Origin: Rotaria socialis
Lineage: Eukaryota
DNA length: 61,356 bases
Direction of reading: 5' to 3'
Assembly (NCBI GenBank): GCA_905331295.1
Contig: CAJNYD010000074.1
Coordinates: 372,001 to 433,356 of the forward strand
Positions 13,161 through 25,580 of this stretch are shown piece after piece. Numbering within the stretch: the stretch's first letter is position 1; each line of letters starts with the position of its first letter. Below the pieces are notes generated by a model that had not been told where the DNA came from, made no database searches, and worked only from the letters and a program-made list of their open reading frames with translations. The position numbers were made by a program, and so were the translations under genes.

Positions 13161-15919
13161 ATGTCGAATCTTGTTGTAGGAAAATTAAAAACTCTTATTC
13201 GTGAATATCCTAAACCAGTTGGTATTGTTGTTGATTATGACACAACTGGTTTTCGTGCTCGAGCAGAAACACTCCCATGGATTATGATTCGAATAGGTCT
13301 TGTAGCTGCTCTTCGATCTAAAGTGAAACAAGGTTAATTTTGCTCTTAATGTAATAAAATTTTCATTCGAAACTCATAATCTTGATCGTAGGTTGTGTGG
13401 GTGTAATGATTACAGCTTCACATAATCCTGGACACGACAATGGTATTAAATTAGTTGATCCACGTGGTGAAATGCTTGATCAAGCATGGGAAGTTTATGC
13501 AAATAATCTATGTGCACTTGAGTTAGTTAAACTGATTAGAAAAAAAAATGAACAATATCATTTTCTTGATTTAAACTAGCGATGATGCTGAAGTGCTATG
13601 GACTTATCTTGAAACGCTCATGATTGAACTCAACATTCAACCAAATGATGACGCAATTATTGGTATTGCATATGATAATCGGTATGTAAAAGTCACATTT
13701 TTAAAACTACAAGAGAATAACTGGTGCAGTGAAAGTCTCTAAACATAATATTTGCTTCTTTTTCGAACACGAAAAGACGGGTCAGTTAGATTTAATAGTT
13801 ATCAATAAGTTTTATCACGAATTCAAAGCTGTATCTATTGTACAGTAAAATAGTACCTTCTGTACAATAGTTTGTCTTGGAACAATTTCAATGTGTTTTA
13901 TTCATTCTCAATCGATAAGTTCGTCTTTAAAAAGTCGAAAAATATTTAGTGTCAAGATTTACACTTCATAGATTATATATATGTCTGTAGGTGTTTAGAG
14001 AAAGTAGTCCATTGTTAGCCAGTATTGTCAAACGAGCTGCGCAAGCGTTACATACAGTCATAATGGATTTCGGTAGGAGAACGACTGTGAATTCTATTTT
14101 TATTATGTTTCATAAATAGAACTCATGACAACACCACAACTTCATTATGCTATTCATTGTTATAATCATGATGAATTTCATGGACGTTTCAATGAAATCA
14201 GTTACTTTGAGAAATTATGCACATCATTTCAAAATTTAGTTATGGTAAGGCAAGAGTAGTTTTTCCGTATTTTTTGACTGATTGAATTAATCTCTAGATA
14301 ACACCTAGTAATAGATCATTAGAATCACTTGCGATTGATGCTGCAAATGGTGTTGGTGCTTTTAAATTAGCTCAAATACGGCGAATATTAAAAAAATTTA
14401 TTCCACTTGATATTTATAATGATGGTAGAACAGGTCATTTAAATGAAAAAGTAAATGATAAAGAAAAATGGAGTCATTGAAAAAGTTTGTCGTTTAATAT
14501 TTTTAGTGTGGTGCTGATTATGTTAAACACTATCAAATAGCGCCTGATGGTATACCATTAAATCATTATTCAAAATTTTGCTCAATTGATGGCGATGCTG
14601 ATCGTTTAATCTATTTTTTTATTGATAAAAATAATCACTTTCGATTACTCGATGGTGATCGATTTTCGGTTTTATTCTTATCATTTCTTTCACTAAAACT
14701 AAAAGAAGCTCAATTATTTGATGGCGTTAAAATTGGTGTTGTACAAACAGCTTATTCTAATCAGAATTCAACAGATTATATTGTTAAAATAATGGTAAGA
14801 TTATTTAATCGTAACAATGATAACACTAAATTTAGTTTATTTAGAAAGTTCCTGTAGTTTGTGTACGATCTGGTGTTAAATATTTACATCATAAAGCGCT
14901 TGATTATGATATTGGCATTTATTTTGAAGCAAATGGACATGGAACAGTATGAGATTTTTGTTTTTTAAGAAATAAAGTTCTCCAGTTGATAGATCTTCCT
15001 TGAAATTGAGGGTAGCTGCATTATTTTGATGAGAAAAAGTTATGAATATCATGATTCTTAGAATTTGACGTAGGGGTATACTTTAAAAAAATACTTTAAT
15101 GTGAATGGTTTTTTATGTCCTTATATTTCGTAATATGAAAATTAAACCTACTAGTTTATCTAAGCGATATGAAAGATAAGTTATAAATAAAATTGTGTTA
15201 TATGATACGAGTAGTAACAAGATCTGAAATATTTACAATAAACAGTCGATCTATCAGTGGAATTACTGACGTTCCTTCATGAACGATTTTGCTGACTATG
15301 GAATTTTGTTGTTTAGGTACTTTTTAATGATGATTTAAAGATAAAAGTAAAAGCAGCAAGTGTAGATCAACAGTAAGTTAATGGCATAGAATAATTTATT
15401 TAGAAGTATGTTTCGTTTCGAATAAAATCTAGGCGTACTGAACAACAACGTTTAGCTGCAAAACAAATTCATACATTTATTGATTTAATTAATGAAACTG
15501 TTGGTGATGCAATAGCTAATTTACTTGCGACAGAAGTTATTCTTTTCATATTAAATATGAATCTTGACCAATGGCTAGCTTTATATGATGATCTACCACA
15601 ACGTCTATTAAAAGTAACTGTTCGAAATCGAACTATGATACAAACAACAGATGCTGAACGTCGATGTACAGCTCCAGCACATTTGCAAGATCGTATAGAT
15701 GAACTTGTTTCTAAATATCCATCAGGTCGTGCATTTGTTCGGTAAGACAATAAGTATGCTAAAATTTTTATCGAGTGTTTGTGTTCTTCTTTTTGTTTTT
15801 TATTAAGACCATCCCGTACAGAAGATATTGTACGTGTTTATGCTGAAGCTGCAACACAAATTGCAGCTGATGGATTGGCTGATGAAGTACAAAAAGTAGT
15901 AGAAGAATTAACAAAATGA
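13161..15919 (+). CDS. PGM3: Phosphoacetylglucosamine mutase, divergent copy A
   Basis: MITASHNP phosphoserine loop, [36 protein letters not shown]. Same exon layout as copy B, no stop seen when spliced. Several motifs altered (see findings). Confidence 0.9.
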
Positions 15920-16323
15920 AGGACAACCAAAAGAACAAGTCTTTACATTCCGATGAAAATTATTTATTGACATTCAATTAGAGTTTCATTACCTTTTCTT
16001 GTAATATATTCGTTAGGATTTTTAATCAATTAGTAGATAAATATCTCATACACGGATAATTTCACAAAATAAAAATACGATATTTATTCACTTGTAGTTC
16101 ATTCTGTATCAAAGATTTCTACTGTACAAATATAGTAATGATAACTAGCGAGAAAAAAAAGAATGATATGTCACTAACTGAAAATGATAACATTATATTA
16201 AGATATGTGATGAAATGACGACGATGAAGATAAACTAAAATATCATTTGACTATGAAAGAAAACCAAACGTAAAAGTGTTTCTTTTTACTGCTTGATTCA
16301 GCTGGCTACTTAGTAGAAAAGAA

Positions 16324-17841
16324 ATGGGTTTGGATGAACGTCCGTCGTGTTTGCGTAGCTTTCCTCATGAAGTAGTCTTCGTTAGTGTTTTATCTTGTGC
16401 TCAATTACTTACTCAAGCAGCACTAGGCAATGTACTCGTTCCACTTCATATTATTGGTCCTGATATCGGTATTACAAATCCTGCTGCATTGCCTTGGACA
16501 TTAGCAGCGTATTCTTTGACAGTGGGTGTTTTTATAATGGTTACAGGACGAGTAGGCGATATTTTTGGACATAAACGATTAGTTATAGTCGGATATTTGA
16601 TGTTTTCTATATTCAGTTTTTTAACTGGATTGGCTGCATATGTGAATAATGGTATTTATTTTCACATTATGCGTGCATTCCAAGGAATAGGTCCAACAAT
16701 GCTTTTACCTAATGCAGTTGCACTACTTGCTCGAACATATCCAGCTGGTTTGCGAAAATCTATTGTTTTTTCAATATTCGGAGCAACAGCACCTACCGGA
16801 TTTATTCTAGGTGCTCTATTTGGAAGTATATTTGCTCAATTTTTATGGTGGCCTTGGGCACAATGGGCATTATCAATTTTTTGTTATATTCTTGCTATTT
16901 TAACGTATGTTATAGTTCCAACTGAACTATCATTAGCCGTTCATCCGACTGGTAAAACTGATATATTTGGAGCCATCATTGGAGTATCAGGTTTAGTTCT
17001 ATTTATATTCTGTTGGAATCAAGCACCTCTTGTAGGCTGGGATAAACCGTATATGTACGGTATATTAATTGCTAGTATTGTCATAATTGTACTGTTTATT
17101 GTGATTGAAATGAAAACACAAGAACCGATCATGCCATTGTCTATTTGGTCTGTACCTGGATTTCCAGGTGTTCTTGGATGTATGTCTTTGGGTTGGTCAA
17201 GTTTTGGTATATTTATTTATTATAATGTTCAATTTCTTGAAATTATCCATCATGCATCACCATTGTTAACGACAGCTATGTTGACACCGCTCGTCGTTTT
17301 CGGCATTATAGCGACAATCGTTGTTTCTCAACTCTACGGTCGTACGCCGGCCCATTATCTTCTTATGGCATCGATGATTTTCTTTTGCGCTGGTAATATT
17401 CTTATCGCTACAGCACCTGCTAATCAAACTTATTGGGCACAAGTATTTGTTGCTACAATGTTGACTCCGTTTGGTATGGATATAAGTTTTCCTGCTGCAT
17501 CCTTAGTTATTAGCAATAAAATGCCTATGCATCAGCAAGGTGTAGCAGCAAGTATGCTGAATACAGCAATCAACTGGTCTATTTCATTAGGTTTGGGTAT
17601 TGCAGGAACCATTGAAAGTAAAATGCTTAAAAGAGGAAAGACGACATTGGAATCTTATCGATATGCGTTATACACTGGTATTGGACTCAGTGGTTTAGGA
17701 GTTCTCGTAGCATTGTTATTCTGTCGTGTACCTAAAACAGTTAATCCAAATGATGAAGAACAAACACAAGTAGATAGTTCATCTATTACTACGATGGATA
17801 CAGCAATCAATGCAGATAAAATTGATAATGAAGAAAAATAA
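16324..17841 (+). CDS. Intronless multi-pass MFS transporter of the fungal ATR1/AMF1 (DHA2-like) type; candidate horizontal acquisition
   Basis: 505-aa single ORF. HEVVFVSVLSCAQLLTQA..PLHIIG, WTLAAYSLTVGVFIMVTGRVGDIFGHK, FGATAPTGF, WWPWAQW, QTYWAQVF, FGMDISFPAAS, QQGVAAS are motifs I recognise from fungal ATR1/YOR378W-like proteins. Confidence 0.88.
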   Translation: MGLDERPSCLRSFPHEVVFVSVLSCAQLLTQAALGNVLVPLHIIGPDIGITNPAALPWTLAAYSLTVGVFIMVTGRVGDIFGHKRLVIVGYLMFSIFSFLTGLAAYVNNGIYFHIMRAFQGIGPTMLLPNAVALLARTYPAGLRKSIVFSIFGATAPTGFILGALFGSIFAQFLWWPWAQWALSIFCYILAILTYVIVPTELSLAVHPTGKTDIFGAIIGVSGLVLFIFCWNQAPLVGWDKPYMYGILIASIVIIVLFIVIEMKTQEPIMPLSIWSVPGFPGVLGCMSLGWSSFGIFIYYNVQFLEIIHHASPLLTTAMLTPLVVFGIIATIVVSQLYGRTPAHYLLMASMIFFCAGNILIATAPANQTYWAQVFVATMLTPFGMDISFPAASLVISNKMPMHQQGVAASMLNTAINWSISLGLGIAGTIESKMLKRGKTTLESYRYALYTGIGLSGLGVLVALLFCRVPKTVNPNDEEQTQVDSSSITTMDTAINADKIDNEEK

Positions 17842-17953
17842 TGTTATAATTTGACGATCGTATGAATAGTAGAGAGAACTATTAAAGATACTAAATGTAG
17901 ATTTATGTTAAATAGACACCATCAGAGGAAAAGGCGTAAAAATAAAAGGGCAT

Positions 17954-18087
17954 CCCATGTTGCGAATACCGGATCATTTTTTGCGGTAAACCGCGGTATT
18001 TATCCGTTCTGCGGTAATGGGAGCCGGTAACCGGATCGGTAAAACCGCGGTTAACCGCCGATTTTCATGCGGTTTTTATTACATGGG
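17954..18087. mobile_element. Small CCC...GGG MITE (EnSpm/CACTA-like)
   Basis: Termini CCCATGT/ACATGGG flanked by AT on both sides. GC-rich interior of CCGCGG/AACCG palindromic repeats. Confidence 0.55.
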
Positions 18088-19388
18088 ATAGCAAGATTCA
18101 TATTAATTGATGTCTTTTGTTTCTTTACATAACAACAATGAAACTATCTAATATGTTTTAATTTTCATATATGCTTATCCCTAGTATTCAGAAGAGATAA
18201 GATCAGAATATTTATTTAATCTTGAAATCATGAACTGTTCTATTTCGAACACTCAAGCAAATATCGAACTGACTAACAGAACATTATTTTATGTGTCCTA
18301 TGTTTCATTTGCATATAATAAAATGATGCTCATAATGATTCATCAGAAAGAAAATCATCATATATAACCGATTTCGGCGGCGACTCAGCCACACGCTCTC
18401 TGTCGAAATGAAACAAAGTGATCAGCAAGTGAAAAATACCTTGAAAGTATTTATAGTTTGAAGAAGGATATTTGAATGATTAGGATCCTTAATTAATCAA
18501 CTTTTTGATTCTAGAGAAAATAACTGGTTTAAGTTAGGTGTGTGATTAATGTTTTGTGGTTTCCCTAGTTCGACCTGATATATGATGAATTGAGGAAATT
18601 CAGCTATTCACATTTTCGTTTTGTGACTGCGTAATGCACTCTTTCAGATGTGTGCAAGTTGATGATAGTGATGCTGATAGATGTGTTATGTGTATATTTA
18701 AGGTATTATCTGGAATAGGCAATAACAGTCTTTTTTTTTACATATTGTGGCTTTTGTGGAAACGGGGTACTTGGGAACCTTGCCATATTCAGATAAAACA
18801 TTGTAAGGAGCTCATTAAAGGTACAAATAAACCAAAAATCAAGACGTCCTATAACTGTTGATGCTCGTTGTTTGAAAATTCTTTTGGTTTTAATATTACA
18901 AATTTTTAAGAAAGTAAAAATTGAATCATGCAACATTTGAATGGAACAGCATGATCAGAGGAACGAAACACATCAATAATTGAGAACGTTAGCCGCTCAG
19001 TTGCAAAAGCTATTGTAATTAAGACTAGACACTTTGGCAACACTTAGAATAGTTACACGTTGTCTAAATTAGAAAAGTTGAAACGATCATCAAAAATGGT
19101 GTCAATCTGCTATAGCTTTTCCATGCTTCTGTTATGTTTTTTAGAAGCATTTCTGAAATTGTTTTGTCATCCATAGCGGGTGAGTGTTTCAGCATTGTTA
19201 ATTAAAGAAATAAAATAATTAATTAAATCTACAATCTCAAGAAATATCTTTTAGCTTAAAAATATGAAATTTGATAATTTGTTTTATTTCATTCGTTAAA
19301 ATATGATTCTATTACATACAACAAATATATTTAAATTTAATAGATAAAGATATAATAGAATAACTTTACTTAACTGATCTATTGATTG

Positions 19389-19734
19389 CCCAGGTGAATC
19401 AATCCGATACCGAACCCCATCGGATTCTATGGGGTCCTACCATCCGACGAAATCCTGTTGGATTCCTGGTTGAGGAATCAATGTCGGATTCGACAGTCGT
19501 ATTTCCAATGATATCCGATTGTCGGAACCAATGAAATCCGAAGCATTCCGGTTCCGATTGACGGTTGCTGTCGGATTTTATCAGTTTTCGATATTAGGAT
19601 CCGATATCGATTCCGGAACCAGAAATCCGACGATAATCCGATAGTTTCCTTGCGCCTTCCGAAGCGCTCCGTCGGATTCCAATAGGAACCGATCGGAACT
19701 CATCGGATGCTAGGCTAGGATTCATTCTCCTGGG
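19389..19734. mobile_element. Non-autonomous CCC-terminated (EnSpm/CACTA-like) element
   Basis: 17-bp TIR CCCAGGTGAATCAATCC versus CCCAGGAGAATGAATCC (2 mismatches), 2-bp TSD TG, interior dense in TCCGA/TCGGA repeats. Confidence 0.75.
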
Positions 19735-20028
19735 TGCATGATCATTGATCGATTTGATGATAATAACTTTTATTTAAAGACGTGATACTTAGTGTGAAAT
19801 CAATTGTGCATTAAATAGTAGTGAAAGCAAAGATTATATATCAAATACCAATTGTTCGGCAACGAATGATATCATATGAACAGAGAACACAATGAATGGT
19901 ATCTGATGCAGATAGAATATAGTGCTTGATGCCTTCCATCAGTTGATATACATATGTTAAAACTATTCCTTTTCTTTTCTCTTTTCAATTCTGTATGTCC
20001 TTGATCTGGTGCAATATATACTACATAT

Positions 20029-20975
20029 CAGGGTTGCCAGCTGTTCAGGTCCCAAATGGGGTACACTGATTTCGGAATGGGGTGCACGTTAGGTACGACT
20101 CAGTTGTAAATGGGGTACATTTGTGAGGTACGCAGTTTACATCTTTCACACTGGTCATCGGCTGCGGAAATCAATTTCGAAAGCTATTTACAATCAGGAA
20201 AGGGCATTCTCAGTTTTTCATTTTACTATCAAGTCTAGCTTTCAAATTGAAATCTTTATTTTCTAATAAATATGTTCACAATAAAATTTCATTTTGACAT
20301 ACACATTTTCAATTCAATCATAATAAAACAATGCTGACTCAAAGCGAACCTTCTAGATTTATATTTACACTAACTGTTGCGCGCTTTTTTCAAAACTGTA
20401 TTTTTGTTGACTTTTGGCACACTCTATCAGTTGCGGTTAAGTTTGAGCAAAAGAAAAAAATCTTCACATATCATAGTACTATTAAATTTGATTTTCAATT
20501 CAGCAGCTATCGTTTAATTCCCCGTCAAATTGCGACTGGCTGTCCCCAGGTCGTTCCTGCCCGGCCGTAAACGGCTGTACACCAATCATTTACGTTGAAA
20601 AACGACATTCGCTTACAGTGGCCGTTAACGGCAGTCATATACGACGTTTTACGGCGAATTACGTTAATCGTAAACAATGACCGTAAACTTTCGCCTTTTA
20701 CGGCTATCGTAAAATACGGAGAAAGTATATCTTATTGCACATTATTTCATCATTAAAATTTTCTTTTCTACACAATTTCAAAGTCAATATCAATCGTTTC
20801 TCAAGAATTTTTATGTCGAGATCACCGTCTATGTTTTAGTTGCTTGTTTCTTCGGCCTTTCTCTCAATATCTGTCGTTTCATTGCATAGATGTTATGTGA
20901 TCTTTCTTGACAAAACATAACGATGTACGTATGTATCCTTACACATATCTTGACAATGCATACTTTTCTCAGACT
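20029..20975. mobile_element. hAT-like left end (CAGGGTTGCCA) plus a second CCCAGG-type left end at ~20545, truncated by the gap
   Basis: CAGGGTTGCCAG terminus with subterminal TGGGGTAC repeats. CCCAGG followed by CCGTAAA/TTTACGG repeats. No partner ends are visible. Confidence 0.45.
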
Positions 20976-21075
20976 NNNNNNNNNNNNNNNNNNNNNNNNN
21001 NNNNNNNNNNNNNNNNNNNNNNNNNNNNNNNNNNNNNNNNNNNNNNNNNNNNNNNNNNNNNNNNNNNNNNNNNNN
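20976..21075. other. Assembly gap (100 N)
   Basis: Run of exactly 100 N, typical of an unsized scaffold join. Confidence 0.99.
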
Positions 21076-21271
21076 CTTTTACAGGATGTTAATGATTACG
21101 AAACTATATGCTGCGAAGCCGAATATCATGCTAAGAAGCTACAATAGAAAACCTTAAAAAGCAGCTTTGCCTAACTGGATAAGCCATAATTTTCGACTAA
21201 AAAAAAGCAAGCGACAGCGATAAGGAGTAGATACTGATCTTCACATATCTTCAAATATCCACTAAGACCAT

Positions 21272-21574
21272 AGGAATCCATTGGGATTCAGCAGGATCCA
21301 GTAGAATCCAGTAGAATCCAGTAGAATCCAGTAGGATCCACAGAATCCGCCAGAATCCACTAGGATCCATAGAATCCGCCAGAATCCATGAGGAGCCGCG
21401 AGAATCCAAGGAGCCAGGAGCCACTTTTTCCCCCTTGACTGCAGCACATTTTCGAAATTTGGATATTATCCGGAAATGCAGAAATATCTCTTTTCTGCAT
21501 CCACCTGCTATCGATACCAGTACCAATATCCACCAATACCAAATGGTATTGGTATTAGTATTGTCACATCCCTA
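21272..21574. mobile_element. hAT-type MITE right end containing an AGAATCCAGT-type decamer tandem repeat
   Basis: Degenerate (AGAATCCAGT)n array at ~21272-21408, TACCAA subterminal repeats, terminus GTCACATCCCTA (reverse complement TAGGGATGTGAC). Confidence 0.55.
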
Positions 21575-22181
21575 CCCATATCTTTATTAAGCAATACAAT
21601 AATTTTCGATTGATGGAAGTTGGAGTCTTGAGAATGTTTGTTTGATTTTCTATTTTCTGTTCTTCTTCCATTACGCAAAATCAAAGTCGACATTAGAATT
21701 ACAATAGATTTTAGTATAAAAACTTATTTGGTCGAATATTGTGCTCTCTTTTTTTTATTTAGAATAATCAAAAAAGCAAGAAAAAGTTAATAGTTCATAT
21801 AACACACACATATATATATATATATATATATGTAGATATACAAACCGAAAATAAGGAAGTCGTATATATACAAAAAGAAATGAATAATTGAATCGTTAAA
21901 CGAATGACTAAAGATCGCAACAAATACTTCAATCGAATATCTTTTCACTGTTCACGAAAATCGATCTTCTGGCAGTCAGTATACAATAAGTCCGAATACA
22001 AATTTAGATAAATAGACTAGATATCATACATGCATCAAACCGGGGTGAAATTTATATACATATACATACAGTTACGATTTTTAAGAATCAAAAAAGCATT
22101 GGAATTCAATGACAAAAAAATTAATAGCCTGAGGTCAAAATATGTTAGATATGTATATATATATATTTATCAAAACAAAAA

Positions 22182-25100
22182 TCAATCTGTCGAATCAGTC
22201 ACATCAGGAAATTGAATCATATTATCCATTGAATTGTTCGCTGGTAATGACCGTACAACTGTACTACTGCAAGTTGATGAACTTAATGAATCACCTGTAT
22301 CACTATTACCAGCTAAAATAGTGAATGATGCCTTCAAAATATTCTTTCAAAAATTTACAAACCGTGTTTTAATGGTATATCAATTGCTGCATCAGCTAGT
22401 TTTTCAACAAGTTCGATTTCAAAATCCGACTTTAAACTATCCAATGAACTTCCATATATATTCAAAGATGGACCATCCTACAATTACAAATCAACGAATA
22501 TTTCTTAAAGAAAAACTACGCTAAATTATTCCTACCTGAAAGCTGCCTGAACCAACTTCGATATAAGCTGGTGAAATATCCGAATGCAAATTTGGTACAT
22601 AAACAGGTATAGATTTTGACCATTGCATTCTAGAATTTCTCAATACTATATTTTTTATCCTACGATTAAACAACAACTATTTACGGTAAACTATTCAGAT
22701 CAGCATCAACTATATTCATCGATGTCTGTGGTACATCAGCTGTAAATACATTTGAATTTGGATGGCACATACTCACTGTTGCTTCAGAATAATGTTTAAA
22801 TTGAAATTGTGGACCCATCCATAAACGACGATGGGGACCGATATGTGTATTCATGTCAACCTAGAAAACAACATTAAGTTCTTCTTCTTTGTATGTACAA
22901 GATTGTTACTTGACGAAGCCAATCATCTTTTGAATGAACCTTAGTTCCAGATGTTGGCCGATGTCCTTGAGATAGAAATGAATAGCCAACAGACATACGA
23001 ACTTCTGGCCAAGTCACCAATCTAAACAAATGATAACTAAAGAATTACGCAGGGAATTGATTTTCAAACACTTACTTTTGAAGTTGCCATTGTGCTTTTG
23101 GAGACGCTGTTAGTGCAAGCGGAGTTTCTGATGTAACACGTGTACCATGTTTAGTTGTATCTGAAAGAAATCAATAAATGGTACAATTGTTCAAGACGTT
23201 GCTTTACCAGGTTTTGGATCAAGAACGTATTCAATTAAACGACCGTGCCAACTAATTATAAACAATGAATTACACGCTCTTAATGTATATTCTGGATGAT
23301 TGATAATATCTTCTGGATTAAGAAAACCTCGTGAAACTCCAAATGTAGCTGCCAAACATAATGAATCGATGTTAAACGGTGCACTAAGACCACTAACGAA
23401 GTTCTCCGTTGGCTGACGAATTAAAGTTACAGCTGTTGAAAATATACATTCGCTGCTGCCCCGTTTTGAACGGGACATATTCGAAAAATGATTATTATGT
23501 CCATTAATTATATTGGCTGATGAATTAATTAACGGACTTGACGGTGAATTTTTAAATCCATTGTCATGGTTGTTCATATTATTTGTTTGACGCATTGGTT
23601 GCTCATCAAGACCAGCAGTACGATGGTAACGACTGACTCTATTTACGACATGAGCGTTTGTGTGGGTACGAACATTGACAACACCTGAGAAGAATAAAAA
23701 CGAAATATATTTTTATCTTGAAATATGCAATTTCAAGAGTGTATCTTCTAAATCTTCTTTATCTCAAGAGGTGATCATAGATATAAAGAAAATTATGTAA
23801 GGCCTACAAATGTGCCAGCTATTCGGAGGGCTCTATGAACAATTTCACAAGATTTTTACCTCCATATGGATTAATGGCAAACAGATGGGTTGTGCCACGT
23901 TTGGTTGATACAGTAAGCCATCGACTATCGGTAGTAAACGTCATATGAGAAACTAAATAGACAGACAAATTCCGTCTTATTCTTACTTTTATGTATCTAA
24001 TCTATGTGTTACCTTTACAATCAGTATCACCACGAAATAAAGTATACAAATGTTGAATGTAAGTTCGAGTACAACGATAAGGCGATGCTCGTACTTCCAA
24101 TACATTAAAATAATGTCCACGATCATCACATGTTACAAGTAAATCTCCGCTAGGATTGAATTGTAAATGGCCCACAGGATTTGTATGAGCTTGAAAATGA
24201 GCAATGATCCAATTTTGTTTTTCGTCATGGACGGATGCCTGAAAACAAACATATTATACAATCAAAACTTTTAACTATACTAATGTTATCTTACACCAAA
24301 CAATTTAATTGTATCAACAATGGTTACGACACCTTCGTGTAATTCATCTTTTGTTGATCCTCGTCGAATTCGCGTTGAATTTGAATTTGAATTTCCATTA
24401 TTGACTGCCATCGATGATGATTGCTGCTGGTGTGATACTGTTTTATCATTCATATTTGAATTATTCGATTGTACTCCCATGCTGCTGTATCCAAGAAAAC
24501 TTTCACCAATTTTTACGACACTTTTTGATAATGATTTAGCTGCATTTAACATTGTACCTGTGTAGGATGCATATTGATCAAATATTGCAGCATTTATTCC
24601 GCCTGATGATTGATGAACTAAATAAAGACGAATATCAACAAACGCTAACCATCGTGTTGACAAAGCAAAAGGTATTGATGAATAACAATTCGATATAAAA
24701 AATTTTTCCTCGAATTTCACGATGTCATAACCAATAATGAATGTATGTGTCGCACAAACAAATACAGATTTATTCGATTCAATCCATATTGGTTCACTTT
24801 GTGAGCCAATACCAGGCAGATGAATAATTTTCACTGGATCATGATCACTTTTTAGTGAACGTATCTGTATGGACGGAGGTCCCGCTGATTTAGCGAATGC
24901 AATTAAAGGACGTTGAGCGAAATAGGAGTCTTCGGGATAAATATTTGATATCAGTAAACATGCAGAACTTAAATTATGTTCACGAATTGAAAATAATTCA
25001 TTTGCAATACCGTTAGTGTCAATCGTCCATAATGATAAACCACTTTTATAAGCAATTAGTAACGTCAGTGTATCGAGTCGTATTGTTGAATGCCATTCGT

Positions 25101-25401
25101 GTGCATTGGAAAGAAAACGTGTCCATTCTATTGTTTCATATTGATCAGTATTCGTCGAACGAGATGATATGGAATATGCCTGGGTAAATAAGTAGATTGC
25201 ATGGTTTTATATCGTATAGTAATAATATTTACTTGAGGAACTTTTTCTACTACATCATGGAATAGATCAACAACGGATTCGATCACACTTTTTTCACTAC
25301 AATGCAAAATATGTTTAAAATGAAGTCGTATGTAAATATTTAATATACTTGACTGCTTCAGGACGAACTTTTCTTAATTCCAGCGATGATACATAGGACA
25401 T
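22182..25401 (-). CDS. BCAS3: BCAS3/rudhira-like protein, copy B
   Basis: MSYVSSLELRKVRPEAV start. Same exon order and motifs as copy A with many substitutions. Stop TGA at 22182-22184. Confidence 0.9.
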
Positions 25402-25536
25402 TCACGTAGTTATTTATAATACAAACAGAAACAAAAAATAAAATTTCTGAAATGTGTTATGAATAGTAGAAGAATGCAAGTTAATATATAAACAGATGAA
25501 AAATCATCGGATGATAAAAGCAAAAAAATGAATTAT

Positions 25537-25580
25537 ATCAGCTGACACTTTTTTTAACGATACAGTGTGATGATGAGTCA
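25537..25580. promoter_or_regulatory. Conserved element upstream of BCAS3-B (ATCAGCTGACA plus TGAGTCA)
   Basis: Matches 8659-8698. Confidence 0.6.

Noticed and set aside
18400..19200. Minus-strand peptide LITIAFATERL resembling GPCR TM3
   Set aside because: Surrounded by stops with no reconstructable model; too weak to call.
21251..21542. Overlapping ORFs with WILLD/GFYW repeats
   Set aside because: Translations of the decamer tandem repeat inside a MITE end.
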